Under the pieces are notes generated by a model that did no database searches, was not told where the DNA came from, and was given only the letters and a program-made list of their open reading frames with translations. A stretch of DNA of 64,000 bases from Giardia intestinalis (Eukaryota), in NCBI GenBank assembly GCA_000002435.2, contig CM018790.1; one strand, 5' to 3'. Positions 60,201-64,000 of this stretch are shown here, piece by piece (the first letter of the stretch is position 1; each line of letters starts with the position of its first letter). Position numbers and translations under genes: made by a program.

Positions 60201-63200
60201 GGAGAACCCACGATGGTTCCTGCAAGCATGCTTGTTAGCAAGCAAGAGGAGATCGATAGATTAAAAGAAGCCTTAGAGTCTCTTAGCGCAGAGGAGCCGA
60301 TTATAGTTACCCGGCACGAAGAGCCAGAAGAGGATATCTCTAGTCTTAAGAAGCAGCTTACTGAGCTCACCGGACTGGTTGCCAGTCAAGCCGTCCAGAT
60401 TGAGGGTTTGAATGCTCAATTAGCCGATAAAACACGTGACCTTGACACTGCCTTGTATGATGTCGCAGTCTTAAGACGTGCATTGCGCGTCATTGAGGAT
60501 GACTACAGAGATTCTGAGCGCAGTCTTGACCAACTCGAACAACAAGCTGTCAACATGAAGGATGCTTATGAGTTATCTCTTGCAGCGCAGGTAAGTCCTA
60601 TTGGCGTTCTTGAAAACGAGCTCCGAGCACTCAGTACGCATAATCAGCAATTGATAGACGTCATTGATGAAAAGGACGGTGAGATTTCACGGCTTCATGC
60701 TTCTGTTATCGATGCTATTTCTGCTAGCCAAGTTGTAGTTGCTCCTCCCGATTTCTCCAATTTGCTCACCGATAAAGACGCCGAGCTCGAGCGCCTCCGC
60801 ACGCTCCTCGACCATCCCCCGGTTGAGCAGCCCGTAGACGACTCCCAGAAGTACCGGGACGCGATCGGCTTCCTCAAGGAGGAGCTTGCCTACAAGGACC
60901 ATGAGATCCGCCGCATGAGGGCTGACAGCGCGCCCTCCGAGGTCGCGCAGATCGTTGACGCCTCCCTCAAGCAGGCCCTGGCACAGAAAGAGGAAGAGGT
61001 GGCGCGCCTCAAGAGCGCCCTGGAGGATCTCGCCTCGGACCACATCGGCCAGAAGACCGGCGAGCCCGACACAGCCGCTCTCAAGGCCCTGCAGCAGGAG
61101 ATCAGCACAAAGGACGACGAGATCCAGAAGCTCACCGCTGTCATCGCTGCCATGCCGCGCACCCATGAGCCGCAGGACATCACTGACGCCGCAGAGCTGG
61201 TGCGCATCCTTGAGTCCAACCTCGAGAGGGAGAAGGATGACACGGCTGCTCTTCGCGACGCCCTGCGCAACGCAGAGGAGAAGAACAATGAGCAGCTTCG
61301 CGAAATAGATGATCTTCGTCGGGAGCTCGACGCGCTTCGCAGGGCGGCTCCCGTCGAGCCTCTTGCGGCTGCAGCCCCGGCCGACGACGACCTTCTCCGG
61401 TCGCTGCGCGCAGACAACGAGATGCTGATGGAGGATGTCCATGATAAGCGCCAAGACATCAAGGTTCTGGAGCGCAAGCTTCTTCAGGCCAAGGACGTCA
61501 TCGAGGATCTCAAGGACGCGCTCGTCCGCGTCGAGCCCGCCGAGCTGACGGCCATTGCAGACGGCGACGCGGAGGACATCGGCCGCCTCCAGGACCTCCT
61601 CGAGAACATGAAGCAGCGCGAGAAGGAGCTCAACCGCTTCTACACCGACCTGCTGAAGCAGACCCAGCCGGCACAGGCACCAGAGCCCCTCACCCAGGCA
61701 GACTTCGAGCGGATCCTCTCCGAGAAGGACGCCGAGCTCGAGCGCCTCCGCACGCTCCTCGACCATCCCCCGGTTGAGCAGCCCGTAGACGACTCCCAGA
61801 AGTACCGGGACGCGATCGGCTTCCTCAAGGAGGAGCTTGCCTACAAGGACCATGAGATCCGCCGCATGAGGGCTGACAGCGCGCCCTCCGAGGTCGCGCA
61901 GATCGTTGACGCCTCCCTCAAGCAGGCCCTGGCACAGAAAGAGGAAGAGGTGGCGCGCCTCAAGAGCGCCCTGGAGGATCTCGCCTCGGACCACATCGGC
62001 CAGAAGACCGGCGAGCCCGACACAGCCGCTCTCAAGGCCCTGCAGCAGGAGATCAGCACAAAGGACGACGAGATCCAGAAGCTCACCGCTGTCATCGCTG
62101 CCATGCCGCGCACCCATGAGCCGCAGGACATCACTGACGCCGCAGAGCTGGTGCGCATCCTTGAGTCCAACCTCGAGAGGGAGAAGGATGACACGGCTGC
62201 TCTTCGCGACGCCCTGCGCAACGCAGAGGAGAAGAACAATGAGCAGCTTCGCGAAATAGATGATCTTCGTCGGGAGCTCGACGCGCTTCGCAGGGCGGCT
62301 CCCGTCGAGCCTCTTGCGGCTGCAGCCCCGGCCGACGACGACCTTCTCCGGTCGCTGCGCGCAGACAACGAGATGCTGATGGAGGATGTCCATGATAAGC
62401 GCCAAGACATCAAGGTTCTGGAGCGCAAGCTTCTTCAGGCCAAGGACGTCATCGAGGATCTCAAGGACGCGCTCGTCCGCGTCGAGCCCGCCGAGCTGAC
62501 GGCCATTGCAGACGGCGACGCGGAGGACATCGGCCGCCTCCAGGACCTCCTCGAGAACATGAAGCAGCGCGAGAAGGAGCTCAACCGCTTCTACACCGAC
62601 CTGCTGAAGCAGACCCAGCCGGCACAGGCACCAGAGCCCCTCACCCAGGCAGACTTCGAGCGGATCCTCTCCGAGAAGGACGCCGAGCTCGAGCGCCTCC
62701 GCACGCTCCTCGACCATCCCCCGGTTGAGCAGCCCGTAGACGACTCCCAGAAGTACCGGGACGCGATCGGCTTCCTCAAGGAGGAGCTTGCCTACAAGGA
62801 CCATGAGATCCGCCGCATGAGGGCTGACAGCGCGCCCTCCGAGGTCGCGCAGATCGTTGACGCCTCCCTCAAGCAGGCCCTGGCACAGAAAGAGGAAGAG
62901 GTGGCGCGCCTCAAGAGCGCCCTGGAGGATCTCGCCTCGGACCACATCGGCCAGAAGACCGGCGAGCCCGACACAGCCGCTCTCAAGGCCCTGCAGCAGG
63001 AGATCAGCACAAAGGACGACGAGATCCAGAAGCTCACCGCTGTCATCGCTGCCATGCCGCGCACCCATGAGCCGCAGGACATCACTGACGCCGCAGAGCT
63101 GGTGCGCATCCTTGAGTCCAACCTCGAGAGGGAGAAGGATGACACGGCTGCTCTTCGCGACGCCCTGCGCAACGCAGAGGAGAAGAACAATGAGCAGCTT

Positions 63201-64000
63201 CGCGAAATAGATGATCTTCGTCGGGAGCTCGACGCGCTTCGCAGGGCGGCTCCCGTCGAGCCTCTTGCGGCTGCAGCCCCGGCCGACGACGACCTTCTCC
63301 GGTCGCTGCGCGCAGACAACGAGATGCTGATGGAGGATGTCCATGATAAGCGCCAAGACATCAAGGTTCTGGAGCGCAAGCTTCTTCAGGCCAAGGACGT
63401 CATCGAGGATCTCAAGGACGCGCTCGTCCGCGTCGAGCCCGCCGAGCTGACGGCCATTGCAGACGGCGACGCGGAGGACATCGGCCGCCTCCAGGACCTC
63501 CTCGAGAACATGAAGCAGCGCGAGAAGGAGCTCAACCGCTTCTACACCGACCTGCTGAAGCAGACCCAGCCGGCACAGGCACCAGAGCCCCTCACCCAGG
63601 CAGACTTCGAGCGGATCCTCTCCGAGAAGGACGCCGAGCTCGAGCGCCTCCGCACGCTCCTCGACCATCCCCCGGTTGAGCAGCCCGTAGACGACTCCCA
63701 GAAGTACCGGGACGCGATCGGCTTCCTCAAGGAGGAGCTTGCCTACAAGGACCATGAGATCCGCCGCATGAGGGCTGACAGCGCGCCCTCCGAGGTCGCG
63801 CAGATCGTTGACGCCTCCCTCAAGCAGGCCCTGGCACAGAAAGAGGAAGAGGTGGCGCGCCTCAAGAGCGCCCTGGAGGATCTCGCCTCGGACCACATCG
63901 GCCAGAAGACCGGCGAGCCCGACACAGCCGCTCTCAAGGCCCTGCAGCAGGAGATCAGCACAAAGGACGACGAGATCCAGAAGCTCACCGCTGTCATCGC
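57246..64000 (+). CDS. Giant coiled-coil protein (more than 2250 aa, 3'-truncated by window end) with a C-terminal array of identical 317-aa tandem repeats
   Basis: My own translation from the ATG at 57246 (context atccaaaaaaggATG) runs to base 63998 without a stop. About 1170 aa of unique, heptad-rich sequence (…EIQALNISLRNAQLELLQ…) is followed by the repeat unit DKDAELERLRTLLDHPPVEQPVDDSQKYRDAIGFLKEELAYKDHEIRRMRADSAPSEVAQIVDASLKQALAQKEEEVARLKSALEDL… The ORF is absent from the supplied track because no stop codon lies in the window. Confidence 0.85.
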   Translation, partial: MNPFDLTPASIPFVHASDKAAMLQSVIPLAVAKGVASNADTLSATDIAIAAREPLRNANPNPDASYILTLTRYYKLMRPIAEHANDHDVLRATVANPSKWVSENVSLECSSIAGEAVAAAINLAAAKIFSGIGNHYDATRFFSEAEAILQEAATLAESGHLCGFLGPTHLRALALFAQAQSLESTAVSKINKLGAEEIESTELQTALRTLTEASALYDRVFKDLAPTASSSTVVASTSLFKAKLLPALARYVVANAYFNGNRLSNTATECRRASELLTVAQAALELTPDQERMTSELATAIIGIQSNLPVAGVDDEAQLYDLQRMTEQDFREFKQAYGAPTDVLPPWRNDSSQDTAALNELRRIVASKDDEIQALNISLRNAQLELLQVSSGSVLNTEVTYLKGLLEKEHETVKSLQEAAELKNKEVDALNEALKQQEEMVKSLCESISPSASRKNLKSPAAGDASTREADRRERMIKKLQMQVMSKDIEINELKSSLELANSGMLASTTGATTDEVDALRRDIAALQNAIDDKDKEVKWLEDEIRQKDDTMIELRGRTESEIESLQETAASKDQEIAKLEAELKSTLQMIQALKNSEADGAGATNILQREKAHLEDKLQEKENIVAELNEALRKKDLTIAELHESAAAQQRKEQETIDFYENLKREQNQVISDLRSSLSAKQATLAMAEETAKTLESEVQSLKSEVDAKTMEIESLLAMSTSKANDMDQTMEELQSLRTELLAKEGEIQTLRNLIEEKEAIITDLRMTESEHQNKYTTLQTTLQRLNEDLQSRDRQIVALLEEAEAAAERQKASQHLQEQLQRQISQQDIVSKSVQEQVCMMSDAACRARYLEDKLATKTYDEEVLRTMIQRVEDADRDKGRTIESLRTEIEFLRSEPKYQPDDRSGQIEALEDKIVALNTHIRYLTNELLQKEQELVHLANDDKSAETDRLKKLLISQDDELNELKENLFLLREKGISDGILDGEPTMVPASMLVSKQEEIDRLKEALESLSAEEPIIVTRHEEPEEDISSLKKQLTELTGLVASQAVQIEGLNAQLADKTRDLDTALYDVAVLRRALRVIEDDYRDSERSLDQLEQQAVNMKDAYELSLAAQVSPIGVLENELRALSTHNQQLIDVIDEKDGEISRLHASVIDAISASQVVVAPPDFSNLLTDKDAELERLRTLLDHPPVEQPVDDSQKYRDAIGFLKEELAYKDHEIRRMRADSAPSEVAQIVDASLKQALAQKEEEVARLKSALEDLASDHIGQKTGEPDTAALKALQQEISTKDDEIQKLTAVIAAMPRTHEPQDITDAAELVRILESNLEREKDDTAALRDALRNAEEKNNEQLREIDDLRRELDALRRAAPVEPLAAAAPADDDLLRSLRADNEMLMEDVHDKRQDIKVLERKLLQAKDVIEDLKDALVRVEPAELTAIADGDAEDIGRLQDLLENMKQREKELNRFYTDLLKQTQPAQAPEPLTQADFERILSEKDAELERLRTLLDHPPVEQPVDDSQKYRDAIGFLKEELAYKDHEIRRMRADSAPSEVAQIVDASLKQALAQKEEEVARLKSALEDLASDHIGQKTGEPDTAALKALQQEISTKDDEIQKLTAVIAAMPRTHEPQDITDAAELVRILESNLEREKDDTAALRDALRNAEEKNNEQLREIDDLRRELDALRRAAPVEPLAAAAPADDDLLRSLRADNEMLMEDVHDKRQDIKVLERKLLQAKDVIEDLKDALVRVEPAELTAIADGDAEDIGRLQDLLENMKQREKELNRFYTDLLKQTQPAQAPEPLTQADFERILSEKDAELERLRTLLDHPPVEQPVDDSQKYRDAIGFLKEELAYKDHEIRRMRADSAPSEVAQIVDASLKQALAQKEEEVARLKSALEDLASDHIGQKTGEPDTAALKALQQEISTKDDEIQKLTAVIAAMPRTHEPQDITDAAELVRILESNLEREKDDTAALRDALRNAEEKNNEQLREIDDLRRELDALRRAAPVEPLAAAAPADDDLLRSLRADNEMLMEDVHDKRQDIKVLERKLLQAKDVIEDLKDALVRVEPAELTAIADGDAEDIGRLQDLLENMKQREKELNRFYTDLLKQTQPAQAPEPLTQADFERILSEKDAELERLRTLLDHPPVEQPVDDSQKYRDAIGFLKEELAYKDHEIRRMRADSAPSEVAQIVDASLKQALAQKEEEVARLKSALEDLASDHIGQKTGEPDTAALKALQQEISTKDDEIQKLTAVI
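60771..64000 (+). repeat. Perfect tandem repeat, 951-bp unit, at least 3.4 copies, in frame within the giant CDS; GC-rich
   Basis: Copies begin near 60777, 61728, 62679 and 63630. The minus-strand ORFs 60890-61477, 61841-62428 and 62792-63379 in the track have identical sequences and are exactly 951 bp apart. The array reaches the window edge, so its full length is unknown. Confidence 0.9.

Noticed and set aside
60588-60596. Perfect canonical 5' splice-site-like CAG|GTAAGT inside the giant CDS
   Set aside because: The reading frame continues straight through with sensible coiled-coil sequence. Giardia introns use GTATGT and a CTRACACRCAG branch/3' motif, which is absent downstream.
60687-63896. 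1069-aa minus-strand ORF, plus the repeated 195-aa and 62-aa minus ORFs and the 117-aa plus ORFs across the repeat array
   Set aside because: These are antisense or alternative-frame artefacts of a GC-rich, stop-poor tandem repeat. Their products are Arg/Leu/Gly/Ser-rich nonsense. The real gene is the plus-strand coiled-coil frame, which has heptad periodicity and a proper start context.
1-64000. Prokaryotic-style defence or mobile systems (CRISPR, restriction-modification, toxin-antitoxin, transposons)
   Set aside because: The window is eukaryotic (Giardia-like). There are no CRISPR-like short direct repeats, transposase or integrase signatures, or operon structure. The only repeats are intragenic protein-coding tandem repeats.

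Overview
The window is a gene-dense, apparently intron-free eukaryotic chromosomal segment, best explained as Giardia intestinalis (diplomonad) nuclear DNA. The evidence is A/T-rich 'AAAAAATG'-type initiator contexts directly abutting start codons, intergenic spacers of 14-300 bp, AGTRAAY polyadenylation-signal motifs at or overlapping stop codons, and several ankyrin-repeat plus coiled-coil ('Protein 21.1'-like) genes. I call about 35 protein-coding genes on both strands. The functionally recognisable ones are: a CPSF73-like beta-CASP nuclease; three paralogous alpha/beta-hydrolases; an M16C presequence-protease-like metallopeptidase; an RluA-type pseudouridine synthase; an Upf1-like SF1 helicase; an ABCA-type full ABC transporter (about 1979 aa); tyrosyl-tRNA synthetase; long-chain acyl-CoA synthetase; a PHO80-like cyclin; a VAP (MSP-domain) protein; a TAP42/alpha4-like protein; and a UBA/UBX-like protein. 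Two micro-genes are easy to miss: a 65-aa MOZART1 (MZT1) gamma-tubulin-complex protein, and a 56-aa DPY-30/RIIa-motif protein that falls below the 60-aa ORF cutoff. The most striking feature is a giant plus-strand coiled-coil ORF that opens at 57246 and is still open at the window end (more than 2250 codons). Its 3' part consists of at least 3.4 perfectly identical, in-frame 951-bp (317-aa) tandem repeats that are markedly more GC-rich than the unique 5' part. The ORF track missed it because it has no stop in the window, and reports a 1069-aa minus-strand antisense artefact over the repeats instead. There are no prokaryotic defence or mobile-element systems here. All domain assignments are by eye from motifs, with no database searches.
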